In this document: in pieces, positions 11,586-24,300 of the stretch
How positions within the stretch are numbered: the first letter of the stretch is position 1
How the letters are laid out: each line of letters begins with the position of its first letter
Source of the DNA: Cenococcum geophilum
Lineage: Eukaryota
DNA length: 64,000 bases
Reading direction: 5' to 3'
Assembly (NCBI GenBank): GCA_050273025.1
Contig: CP158635.1
Span: forward strand, 20,274,001-20,338,000
Notes under the pieces: generated by a model
What the model saw: the letters and a program-made list of their open reading frames with translations, nothing else
The model's database searches: none
Told to the model about the DNA's origin: nothing
Position numbers and translations under genes: made by a program

Positions 11586-13374
11586 AGCGATTATTAATAG
11601 CACGATAGCTTACAGTGCATTTATAGTAGATTAGTTATCTATAGTAGACTAATTATAGTAGAATAGTTACAGTAGCTAGTGTTTAGTAACGTGTCCTTAG
11701 GGGCTATATAGCCTACGGTGCCTTAATACCAATAGTAAAGGAGTAAAGGGAGGCGATAAAGGGCAAAGGTAAATTTTATAGTAGAGTTTTCAACTTATAA
11801 GACTGTGTAGCTCTTTAAAATTGTTCTAATTTAGCTTAGCTTGGGGACTTTATATAATTAATTATAAAATTTAATTTTAATTTATTTTTGTCTCTTATCT
11901 AACGTCCAATATAGTCCTTTAAAAGTCTATATAGATATATACTTTACTAAGTAGGTAAATAAAAAAAACCATAAGGGAGATATAAGAGATATTAAATTAG
12001 ATAATATCTATACTATATTAATAAAAGGAAAAACACTATTAGGTTACTACTTTAAGACTTAGTCCTATAGGACAGAGTATTTAAAATAACTATCTCGTCT
12101 AATTTACTACTTAAACTATACTTCTATATCTTATAGATTACTATAGATTACTATATACTATATACTTACTCTTAGCTCCTTCTTTAAGTCTCCGCCCTAT
12201 ATACGTATATATACGTTACCTATAGTTACTCTGCTTATAGTATAACCTAGTTCTATATAATCTTTTACCATAAAGAAACAGTAGGATAAACTAGGTATTT
12301 TATCTTAAGGCCCTAACCTAGGTCCCTTACCTCCCGCCTAAAATAATATAGAGGAAGACGAAATACTCCATATAGTAAGTCTAAGCTATAAGATAGTAGT
12401 GAAAGGCGAGTAGATAAGGGGCTTATTATAGGCTTCCCGCCTACAAGGTATATACAGTTCGGTTGCTCTATATAGGTGCTATATAGTTACATTGTAGTAT
12501 AATATATTTATACCATACAGGAGGAGGGGGACGCCGGAGGTAGATGCCATGATTTAAATGATCTAAATGCGTACGTTAAGAGACATAATAGCCGCGTTTT
12601 GAGCCTCTGCTGGGGCTTACCCTCCCAGCGAAGGTTCTTCACGCCACCACCATATCGCAGCGCAGCCGTACGCATGTCTCTGTGTTTGCTCTCGCGGTCT
12701 ATTAGCACGACCCTGATGGAACACCAATAGTAGCAGCTAGGCTCCTGGGCTCTACCGCGTGGAGGTGCTGAGGCCGATTTCATAAGGCCCTTAAGTCTTA
12801 ATTTTAATAAGAACTTTTCCGGAATAAGGTAAGCAATCCGGAATTAAGCCGATCAAAGCGATACATGATTCATTCTGGAACAAGGACGACTCATTCCGGA
12901 ATATCGTGTGTACCGGTGTCAGTCGGAACCCGTGGGGATCGTTTGTATAGTCGAAATAAATAAAATTTTCTTGTTCAACTTTCAAAGCCTCTCTTTTGAC
13001 ATCCATAAAGCATTTAGAAGAATTGTGGTGTGGGTTGAAGCATTTCCCTCTCAGTTCCTTAGAAAACAGTACCCCGAAATTGCATACGCGATATGCTAAT
13101 CGAGTTGGGGGCGGGGGCGTTGGAGCTGAGTACTGTTAACTTTCGATATGTCCTCCTTGTCCCTTAGTTTCTTTCATAATGTTTCAACCATTGCCTGGGG
13201 ATCTTCGGGCATATTCCGTTGAGGTAACATTGTACGACCGTCGCCAGACTCATTAAACAAAGACTTGAGTTTCAAGACATTCCCCACAATTAAAGTCCCG
13301 AGCTCGCTGGTGAAGAAAGTATCCTCCACATCTTTTGCTTATGAATGACATAGGCACCCACAATCAATTTTAGT

Positions 13375-14918
13375 ATGAACATAACTGCACGAATTGGACG
13401 CAGACACCCACTGCCACCCAATGTTAGCTCTGATGTCAACTCTGACGGGGATAAGCCCCTCAAATTGCTATGTGAACCGTACACTGCTGCTCAGGGTCCA
13501 ATCCTACTGGACAAGGTATGTTGTACTGCTACAATATTCTCAACCAACATTAAACCATTTCTTGATATTTCATACCTCCTAGTGTACTGATATTGCTATA
13601 CTAGGTCGAGCCTCTTGCAGTGCCATTTTTTTCGTCAGGGGGAACTGTATCTATTCCAACAATCTCCAGAGGTGTGACTAATACGCCCCGATCTCCGCGA
13701 AGGATCTCATTGGCCCCTCCACTTCCTGCCAAACCAGCGCCTGTTGTCCCAAATATTAACTCCAACTCCGACCGTAATGGTAGACAGGCTGTATCACTAC
13801 GCAGTGTTCGATCTCACTCTATGATGTACACTCGTAAAGTTTCAGAATCTCCCCGTTATCAAATATCCAGGCTGCCCGGGGATGCCATATATGGGCGGGA
13901 TACCAAGAGGGTTAGCGATCATGGTGATGATCAGCACAAGGCCAGTCAAAGGTCTGGTCGGCCAGGATTTCCTCGCCTTGATCTGAAGGGCCTAGACGTT
14001 AGTGTTGAGGATGAGGTAGCGCAAGATATCCCCCGTACCTCAGCGGAAGAAGAAGACGACCCCGCTTCCATTACCACACGCGTTTTGGATCAAGGCCAAA
14101 GGTATTATACAGTCCAAAATGATACAGAGTATTCAGATTATCCATCTGTTTTGATGTCTCCGGCCGAACACGCTCGTCATGCGGTTGGATTCCACTACGA
14201 AAGCTTTCAAAGCCCTTGTACTAGTTCAAACTTGATATCTTCGCCTGTCTCCCAAAAGTTCCGGCCACCATCCACAGGATCATCATCGCCATCCGACTTA
14301 ATTACATCTCTTACTTCTCTTCATTTAACGGACCATCCTAATACTGAATTATCCGTAGCTAACTCCCCTCATTCCAAGACTCTTAGACATAGTCACGATT
14401 CTTTCCCCTTTGCAATACCAGGTATTTCTAAAACCCACTCCGCTTCTAAAAGGACCGTTCACGCCGAAGAATTCCTAGCTACCACCCTGTCCGCTCGACT
14501 AAAAGAGCTTACTCTTCGTATCGCTCTTACCCGCTGTGAGCTCTCTGAATATACCAACCCAACCCTTGCTCTCACTACTTCTTTGTACGTCGCGCTTCCG
14601 TTAGCCCAGCAACTCTGCTACACGCCACTGGAAGGCCGCTGCTGGTACTGGGTCGGACGCGCCGAGGCTGCTCGTGGGAATTTGCAAAAAGCGCAAGAGG
14701 CACTCGAAAGGAGTTTGGAGGCAGGTTTGGAAGGGTTTGGTACGAAAGAGAGACTGAGGGAGGGGAGGGATGTTAGAGCTGTGTTGGAAATTGTAAGAGC
14801 GAGAATAGCCAGTGAGATTGATAGGGGTGGGGGTAGCCCTGGAGTAAGTCCTGCCCTATTAAGCCCTCTTGAGGGCGTTGGGGTAAGGCTCAGGGATATA
14901 AAGCAGATTCAAAAGTAA
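13375..14918 (+). CDS. Two-exon hypothetical protein (~484 aa; exons 13375-13515 and 13605-14918); disordered Ser/Pro/Arg-rich N-terminal part, C-terminal TPR-like helices
   Basis: Unmutated composition. ATG at 13375, then a phase-0 89-nt intron (GTATGT 13516, TACTGAT branch site, TAG 13604) that joins in frame with the 432-aa ORF. C-terminal LEGRCWYWVGRAEAARGNLQKAQEALERSL is TPR-like. Confidence 0.8.
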
Positions 14919-14976
14919 ATGAAACAAGGCAAGCCGGAGAGATTGGGGAATTGGCTGGATAGAGATGGCTGGGAAC

Positions 14977-15875
14977 AGGGTTGCAAATCAATCAACGGGG
15001 CTTCAATATTGAATTGAATTGATTGCCAAGACTCAATCAATTCAACCAACCGAGAGTTCGCTGGCTTGGCAACTTGATTAACCTAGAGGCCTTAATTAAA
15101 TCAAATTAGTTAATAAATATTAAAGCTTTAATATTAGATAGATATATTACTAGGGTTAATAAGTCGTAATGCCCTAAACTTTATTTTTCTTAGTCTCCCT
15201 TACAAAAAATGTTTACCTAAGTATTACCCGTTGTTTATACTATTATATTACTAAAGAACTTTACTACTAGATTTACCTATTAATAATATTAATTATATTA
15301 CTACTATAGCTTCTAACGCGCTAGATAATAGCTAAATAAATGCATTAATCCTCTCTTTAGCTTATTCTAATCCTACCGCACCTACGGACCTGTAGTGCGG
15401 TTTAGATTATAGCTTAGACGGTAATACTAACACGCCTACTACCGAATTCTAACTAGATAAGTATATAGAAATTAACTAGACGTATCTCCTTAGTTACTAT
15501 TTTTCTTATTTAACGTTAGGTAGACAACGTGAGCCTATATAGAGTTATAAATATAATATTAAGTAAAGTGGAATGGGTGGGCGGTATTAGGTCTATAAAA
15601 TCTACTATAAAAAGAAGCCTTATATATAATATATCTATTTAGATATAGGCACTGTAAATTACTTTAGGCATATATAGGAAGAATATAATATTAGTGACAC
15701 TTCTATAGAGAAAGCAAAGTAAGGATAATTAATCTTTAAATAGCTATAACTCTAAGCTAATAAGTTAAGAATTTAAGCCTAAATAAATACCCTTACCTAG
15801 AGCTTTAATATAGATTATTTTACGTAGCTTTTAATAAAATAAGTTATACGTAATAATATTCCGATTTATAATATT
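14977..15875 (+). mobile_element. 5' relic of a hAT-like DNA transposon
   Basis: CAGGGTTG start with AATTGA/TCAAT subterminal repeats. De-RIPed BED-finger-like Y(W)V(C)KI(C)...FRH...E(H) at ~15586-15690 and F...LLIK(W)V.R(D)NIP at ~15810. No matching right TIR was found. Confidence 0.5.
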
Positions 15876-16248
15876 AGGAAAATATTCACAGGCTAAGATT
15901 TAAGTAGACTTTATTTAGCGCGTTTCGCGTAATTAATACGCAATTAACTAACTTAATACATTTAAAAGTCAAATAATATATAATTGACCAACTTAATATA
16001 TTTAAAAGTTAAATAATACGTAGTTAACTATAAGGTATATTACCTAGGTGTATAGTAGAGAGTAGGTAAGCCGAGTATAAGTTATAAGGAGAGTCGATAA
16101 AAGAGGACGATATAGTAAAAAGTATAGCAATAGCCTCGTACGGAGACGAACTAATAAGGAGGGAAAGGGCTATAAGCCTGAGGTGCTTATAAGGAGGTGT
16201 TAAGCCTAGCCTTCGGCTAGGCCTTGGCTACCCCTAAGCGGCCCTTAA

Positions 16249-18354
16249 AACCTTTACCGCACATGCAACCTTATTAAAAGGTAGCGCCACACTCCAAAAC
16301 TTACGCATACCCATCTTACCATTAAAAACAATCGATTTTCCAACTTTTAAAACCTAATTCCTCCTGCCTAGCGAGCTAGAGGTGGATTTATTTGTTATTT
16401 TACCCCCTTTTCCCCAACAGAAAGTTCTTCTTAGGGGTGGTCCTAGCTTATAAGCGAGGCACGGACAGGAACACCAAAACTACTACTACTATTACTAATA
16501 CTAAAGCTACGAAATAGGAGCTAGTTTTTCTACTACCTTTTAGCCTAATCCCCCCAGAAATCTTCTAGTAGGATTAGTAAGGAGAAAGGGTATAAGGATA
16601 GTAAAAACTAGGGAACCTCCCTATAAGATATAAAATGCCAAGGCCTAATAGGTCTAAAAAAAACTCCTATAAAAATAAGTAATAAAGAGTCTACATCTAC
16701 TTTTTCTCTCCCTTCTCCTTCTCCTAGCCTATTTAGGACAGGAGAAAAAAGAGGGTATCCTTAGTCTTCTCCTAAAAAAGAAAACCAAAAACCTGCAAAA
16801 AAGACAATAAAACTAATAACTACTATGGATAGGATATCTAATATACCTTTTCCTCCCCTCTCTCCAGAACAACACCTACAAAAGGCTTTAGAAAGCCTAC
16901 TCCAGGCCTATAAAGGGCTAAAAAAAAGAAGAAAAAGAAAAAGAATAAGTTAAAAAGATAGGGAACTATATACGGAGTATCTTAGTAGAAGAAGATCCCT
17001 TTACAAAAGAAGAAATAGAAAAAGATGTCCTAAAAGGACTAGTTAAAGAAGTAAGAGCTCTTTATAAGGAGGTAGCCCCTACTAAAGAAACCTACGTAGA
17101 GAGGCTAAAAAAAGGCCTCCTTACTTCGTCCTCTCTACCCTCGTCACTACCGTCTCCTACCCCCTCTACTTCTACTAGAAGTAAGAAAAAGCAGCTATAA
17201 GAAAGGAAGCTAGTCCTAATTATAGACGAAAAGGACTAATTCCTAGATATATTCTCTATACGAAACAAAGTTAATTAACTATTTACATCAAAACTATAAG
17301 TAAAAAAGCCAGTACTAGTGTCCATAGCTAGAACTAAAGGAAAATAAAATATTTTCCTTATGACTATAAAAGAGTATAATATAGATTTCCTAGTTAAATA
17401 TAAGGAGATCTAGCATAACTGCTTTACCTTTTAAAGAGAATAAAAACTAGAACTATAGGTTTAAATTATAGCTTATAGGGTTCCTACTCTACCTTTCCTA
17501 GGAGAAGGAGGCTCTAAGCTTCTAAAAGAAGAAATTGAGACCTTTAATCCTATAAGGATATAAGGACTATCTAAATGGGTCTTATCTAGCAAAAAAAGAT
17601 ATAATCTATAGACCAGATTTAGCTCTATAGTTTTTACTATAGAGAAAGAAGAAAAAAGACAAGAAATCCTTAAGCAAAAAGAGATATTAATTGTAGGTAC
17701 AGCTACTAAGGTAGTAAAATACCTCAAAGTCTCTCCTACTACACAGTGTACTAGCTACTAAAAGTTTAGCCATATAGGAGATAGATGCTCTACTAAAGCC
17801 TATAGACTTTATGCGGCTGTATATTTATCTAAAGACCACTTCTATTTTACTTATATAATAAGTGGCAAGCCCTATAGATATACTACCCCCCTTTGCATTA
17901 ACTGTAAAGAAAACCACTTTATAAATAGTAAAGACTGCGAGGTTCTAAAAGCAGCTAAGCTAGTAGGTAGTACTAGCTTAGAAGGTTCTATAGAAGAATA
18001 AAATAAAATAAATAGGATTTTAGAAGGAGGTAACTCCTACTAAGCTCTTAGTAAAAAGATATTAAAGAGTAAAAGGATAGAAATAAATTGAAAAAGGATA
18101 GGGATAGGTGTTAGGATTTCCTATAGTTTTTCCTACCGTTTTCTTATTCCCTAATAGTTATAGTACCTTAGTATTTTACTAAGGAGCTATAAACTCTGAG
18201 GGGTTTATAAACTACTAGGATATAGCTACTAGTATATTTTAAGCTACCTAGAAAGGATTTATATATATAAAACTATAGCGCTATAGCCTAGAGGCTGCAT
18301 ACGCAGTATTATACGTAGTATAATATAACGGACCTAAAATTAAAAAAAATTAAA
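16249..18354 (+). mobile_element. Tad-like LINE derivative carrying only ORF1 (16635-~18001, three CCHC knuckles); no ORF2
   Basis: TSD aagcggcccttaa 16236-48 / aagccgcccttaa 18355-67 and an A-rich tail. Relic knuckles QCTS(C).KF(G)H...RC and CINCKENH...SKDC. Confidence 0.8.
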
Positions 18355-18380
18355 AAGCCGCCCTTAAGCGATATACCCAA

Positions 18381-21300
18381 TATAATAAAGCCTTATAGTA
18401 GGAACTACGGTAAACTTATTAATGGGCTAGGTATATAGGTAAATAAGAAGTTAGCAATATAGTAATAACTAGTAAAGTAGTTACCTAATAGATTAACTCT
18501 AATTATATTCTAAGATTTACTATAAAGAAAAGAACTATCTAGGTAGGGACTATAGTCCTTTAAATATATAACCGCGCTTCTAAGAAATCCTCTTTATACG
18601 TAATATACGCCTTATATATAAAGTACGTAAGTTCCTTTTATTCCTCTTATTTAATACGTAGTACGTTATATAGTTCTATCGGCTCTATTTTAGACCGTGC
18701 CTTAATTAACTAACTAGTGGCTTCTAACTCCTTTTCTAGTAGTTATAATATTATACTTAAAGCGTCTATAATACTATCTCCCTCCCTTTTATCTTTGTCC
18801 TTAAAGACTCTTAATATCTTTAAGTTATTTACTAGAGGTATAATATCCGTCTAATTAATTTAGTTAATATTATTACTTATTATACCTAAAGCTTCTTCTT
18901 CTTTATACGCCTAACGTCGTGCCTACACCATTGCTGCAATATTATCGCTTAGTAAAATTATACCTTCTCTATGTTCTTATTGTGCGAAAAAGGGATTAGT
19001 TTACGTTACGTTAGTAAGCTTATCCTTATAACAACTATCCTCTTATTTAAAGTGTACTAAAGCGAATATTTATTTATCCTATAACGTCCGCTTTACTTTT
19101 AATGCTAAATATACGCGTTTTATTACTCTTAATAGCCGTCTAGTTCCTTAGTTAATTTACCTTAGGGTCTTATATTTAATCCGCTACTGCTTATTTTAAT
19201 AGTAAGCTATCTTAGGCTCTTACTAAGTTAGAATATTCTCACAACGCGGAGTAAAGGGCCCTAAATGCCCGTATTACGATATCTGCTTAGTTACTCTATC
19301 TTAAGAAGGTTTATAAGAAGATGCGTTTTAAGAAGTAGAAACTTATAAAATAAGGTTTATAGGAACTTAGTAATAAAAGAACGGATTCTCTTTTATCTAA
19401 AAAGGAAATAGATCTAAGTAGTTTAGCAACTGCTTCTCTTGGGTCCCCCTTAAGTAACTTATTCTTTAGTAATCCTTCTTTATTAATACTACCTAACCTA
19501 ATTTCCTCTAATACTCCTATACCTTTCTTATAGCGTTTTTTAGATTCTATAGTAGTTCCTAGGTAGTTTTATTATAGCCTATCTACTTAACCTTATACTA
19601 TATTTTATTGTTAATGTCCTTATAACTAATAATTTTTAAAACTTACTATTTATCTTCCTTTTATCCTCTATACGTATCTACTTTATAGATTAGTGGCTTA
19701 ATATTCCCATATACTAGCTCTAGTATTATAATATACTATATAGGGTAGATCTTTATCTTAGCTAGTAGGTTTAACCTAAATATAACTAGTAAAATCCTTT
19801 ATATAATTTTAAAAGGTCCTAATCTAACATAGTTTAACTTTTTACTTAGTTATTAACTCTTAAAACTTTTGTATAGTACCTACACTTTATCTCCCTCCTT
19901 AAGATCTGGTCCCTTAGGTCTCTTAGCATTATAGTACCTTTTTATTCTTTTTTATACCTTTTTTACTAATTCTATAAGGTCTATATAAAGATTTATTAGT
20001 GTCTTTATTCTTTCTTTAGCTATACTACTTATTTTCTTTACTTACCGTAGTAATAATAATGTTCTTAGCTTATATCTATAATTTACCTTAAATAGTAATA
20101 TGCCTATTCCTTCTTATAGTGTTATATTATATATAAACTATATAACTAGTAATAGCGATACCCAATTACTTTATATATAATTAATATAATGCCTTAGATA
20201 CTATTCTAGCGTCTAATTTAGTCTTTTTATTTGTCCGTCCGTTTACGGATAATATACGGTAGAAGTTGCTACTCTAACTTCTTATTTCGCTAAAAATACC
20301 TCCTAAAATACTATGATAAATCTTAGATCTCTATCCAATATAATCTTACTTAATGCTCTATATTTTATAAATACTTCTTTAATATAGATTCTAGTAATAT
20401 CTTCTACTAAGATTTCTTCTATGCATGCTATAAAGTAGCCCTATTTAATTAGTTTATCTACTATTACTAAGATTATATTATGCTTCTATCCAGTAATAGA
20501 ATCTCTTAACTTTAATAATTTAACGATAAAGTCCTATAATATAACCTCCTATAGTCTTTCTGGTATTTTAATAGGTTATAGCCCTCCATATAGCTTATAC
20601 CTTATTAGTTTATTTCTTTAACAATTTAAATACTTTTTATTACTTTTCTAGCTATACTCTAGATTCTATTAATAATTTTTTTTAAAGTCTTAATACTAAG
20701 CCTGTTGCTTTATTATGTCCTTAAGTTATTCCCTTATAGAAGTCTTCTATAAAATACTCTGCTATACTCTTTAGGATATACTTTATTTCTTAATTTTCGT
20801 ATATATCCATCTATAGATCTTTTAGTTATACTTTTAAAATTCTTTATACCTAAAAGCTTTCTGGTGTTTTATAGACTCTTTTTAGTTTATTATCCTCTTA
20901 AGTTACTACTAGCTTAAGGTAATTATATCTAATTAATCCGTCCTTATCTCTACGTAGTATTACTCCTAATAGTTTCTTATTATTTTATAGTTTAGCCTTT
21001 TTACTAAGTACGTCTACCTTTATATTCTTAGTTCCTTTAATATATTAAATTTTAAAATAGTATTTTATAAGCATCTCTACCTATCTAACCTATTTATAAT
21101 TAAGTTTTTTTATTATTAGGAACCCTATTAGGTTCTTATAATTTATTTTAATTATAAATAGTTTTTCTACACCTTATAAGAATACTCTTTATTTTTTAAG
21201 TACTGCGACTATACCTAATAACTCTTTATTATAGATGTTATAGTTTAACTCTAGAAGTGTTATTTTCTAACTATAGTATACCACTAGATGCTATATACTC

Positions 21301-24300
21301 CTATATTTCTATAGTAAATATACTCCTAGTATAAAGTCTAATATATTTATTTCTATAACTATATCTAGTTTTAGTTAGTAGATTTTAAGGATTGGCTCCT
21401 AGGTAAATAGCTCTTTAAGTTCCTTAAATAGGTTCCTTTACTTATCTCCCTATACCTATAGTTCCTCTTTTTTTATAAACCTAGTAAATAGTTTAATATT
21501 CTTTAACTACTATGCTATAAACCTTTTATAGTAGTTACAAACCCCTAAAAATAACCTTAACTATGTTATATTCTCTAGTTCTTAATAACTTACTATAGCT
21601 TTAATCTTTTTTAGGTCTATACTAATATAACCTAGTTTAATAATAAATTTAATAAAATTAGTCTTCCTTATAAAGAACTTGTATTTCTTAATTACTACTA
21701 GCATCTATTTTTTTAATAGTCTCTTTAAGACCTATTTAACGTATTCCCTATATTTTTCCTTAGTTATTAAGTAGATAATAATATTGTTAAGGTATACTAT
21801 AATAAACTTATTAAGGTGTTCCCCTAATATACTATTAATCCGTTTCTAAAACGTTGCTAGTATATTTATAAGCCTAAATTATATTACTAATAGCTTATAT
21901 AATCCTTCCTTTAATTTAAAAGCTGCCTTTTATTTATTGCCTTCCTTAATTTTAATCTAATAGTACGCCTATCTTAGATCTATCTTTATAAAGATTTACG
22001 CATTACCTATTTAATCCTAAATTTCGCTAATTAAGGGTAAAGAATACCTATCCTTTTTAGTAATGCTATTTAACTGTCTATAGTTAATATATAGCCTAAG
22101 TTTTCCGTTTTTCTTTAGTATAAATAATACTAGATATCCTACTAATAACTATAATAGTTTAATATATCCCTTTTATAAGTTCTCCTAAATAAACTCCTTA
22201 AGTACTCTTAACTCCTCTTAAGTAAGCTTATAGGTTGGAAAGAACCTTAAACTTATTTCTAATTCTAACTCTATCTTATAGTCCTATACTATATAATTTA
22301 CTAGCCTTTTACTTTCTAGGCTCTATAGTTTCTTACTATATTTATAGTATCTTTTTAGTATATAACTTAAGCCTCGCTTAATCTCCTTATATATTACTTT
22401 AACTTAGTATTATACCTACTTAGTCTATTATTATATTCTATATTATTAAGTATTTCTAATATTAACCTAACCTATAATCTAATTAATCTTTAGATTATAT
22501 TTCTATAATTAAGGTATTCTTAATACTGCCTTATCCTATCTTAATAGTAGGATATTAAAAGATATCTTAATTTATCTTCCTTTAATAGTTATCTAAATAG
22601 GTCCTATTTTAAGGTTAATAATGCCTCCTCTATAGGCTATTAGATCTTCTAAAATTATAACTAATAGGTAAAATTGTTCCTTCTATCTATAAGGTAATCC
22701 TTTTTTTTTTAACTACTACTAGTAAAATATAGTTCCGTATTACCCTACTATCTATTTATACTTTAAACTGTTAATCTTACTAATTAACTTATAAATTTAG
22801 GTGTTATCCTTAAATTCCTTTAAGGGTCTAAGGGTTTACTACTAGCTCCCTCTAGTTTATAGGCCTCTACTTTTCCTAACTATTAGCTGCTTACCTTATA
22901 TACTTAGCTTACATTTTAGCTAATACCTAGTTCGCTTTTTGTCCTCTATATACTATAAATATATATTCTCTAAGTATTCTTCCGTAAGAAATCTTTCTAG
23001 TTAAAGTATTAAGTCTCCTAACTCCTAAACTTCTACTAAATGCCAGCCGTATATATACTTAGTATTTCTATATTATTGCTTATCTAGCGCCTAATATATC
23101 CTTATAGGGTATTTCCAATTCTTTTCTTTTAGATTTTTGTACATTTTGTATATATTATCTATATATGCAATCTATACTAATATATAATACACTAGGTGCT
23201 TTAAGTTAACTCTTAACTTATTTTTATCTTTAAGTTTAAACCTCTATTATATTAATCTAAACGTTATAACTTTATTTATAGGTATTAAAATATATCTCTT
23301 ACTTCTCTAGTCCTCTAATTATTTCTCTAAATCCTTTAATATTATAATTAAGGCTCCCCTAATATAAGTTATAGCTTTTTTAGTAATTAGGTGGTCCTAG
23401 ATAACTCTTTTATCTAACTATATATAGAAATCTTCCTTTTTATCATTATGTCGTTGCCTATACTACTTTTAGTATAGCTACTAGAGTATATACGGCTTGT
23501 CTGTAAGGAAGTATCTTCTTATTACTATATTATAATAGCCCTTTATATATTATTCTTTAAACCTAGTAGAGATCCCTAGATCCTCTTTATCTTCTAATTT
23601 AATAAGCTATTTAGCTCTTAGCGTGCCTACCCTAGGCCTATTAGTAATTCTTTATACTAGTGCTCTGTCCTTTATATAACCTAGTATACTAGTTCTCTAA
23701 TCTAGCTTTTGTTCTTACTATATAAGAATTCTCTATCTAAATTCCTCTATGTTTTCTTTTAGTTTTTGCCTTATAAGTAAATCCTTAAAGTCTTCTTACT
23801 TCTTAATTTTAGTTTATTTAATAGTCCTTATTTATATCTAGAAATCTTAGTTCTATAAAAATCTTAATCCTAAGCTTACTTCTATCTTAAGCTTGGCTTT
23901 AGCCTTAGTCTAACTAGGCTTCTTTAGTGTTCTTATCTCGTCTTAAGAGTCTTAAATCTTACTTATTTTACTTTAAGAATCTTATATCTTTAGGAAACTT
24001 CGTCCTAAGCTTATTTATATATTACTAAACTAAGCCGTTACTCTGCTCTATTAGTTATCGTCTATTATAAGTCCTTAAGCTTATCTTATCCTATCTTAGG
24101 AATCTTAAGCGTCTTATATCTTGTCTTAAGAATCTTAAGCCTTTAGCCTTTTGCCTTTATTAAGTGCCGAAGTAGTTTATTATCCTACTTCTCCTACATC
24201 TTATAAAGCAATAGATATTATATTTAGTAGGGTCTTAATCCCTACTAATATTCCTTATTCTATAGTAAAATTATCCTCTACCTTTTATATAATATCTCTA

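Noticed and set aside
12508..13484. Small ORFs upstream of the gene
   Set aside because: Short, overlapping on both strands, with no motif; more likely promoter or intergenic DNA.
13620..14918. GTG-initiated 432-aa ORF as the complete gene
   Set aside because: In a fungus a GTG start is unlikely, and a canonical intron links it in frame to ATG 13375.
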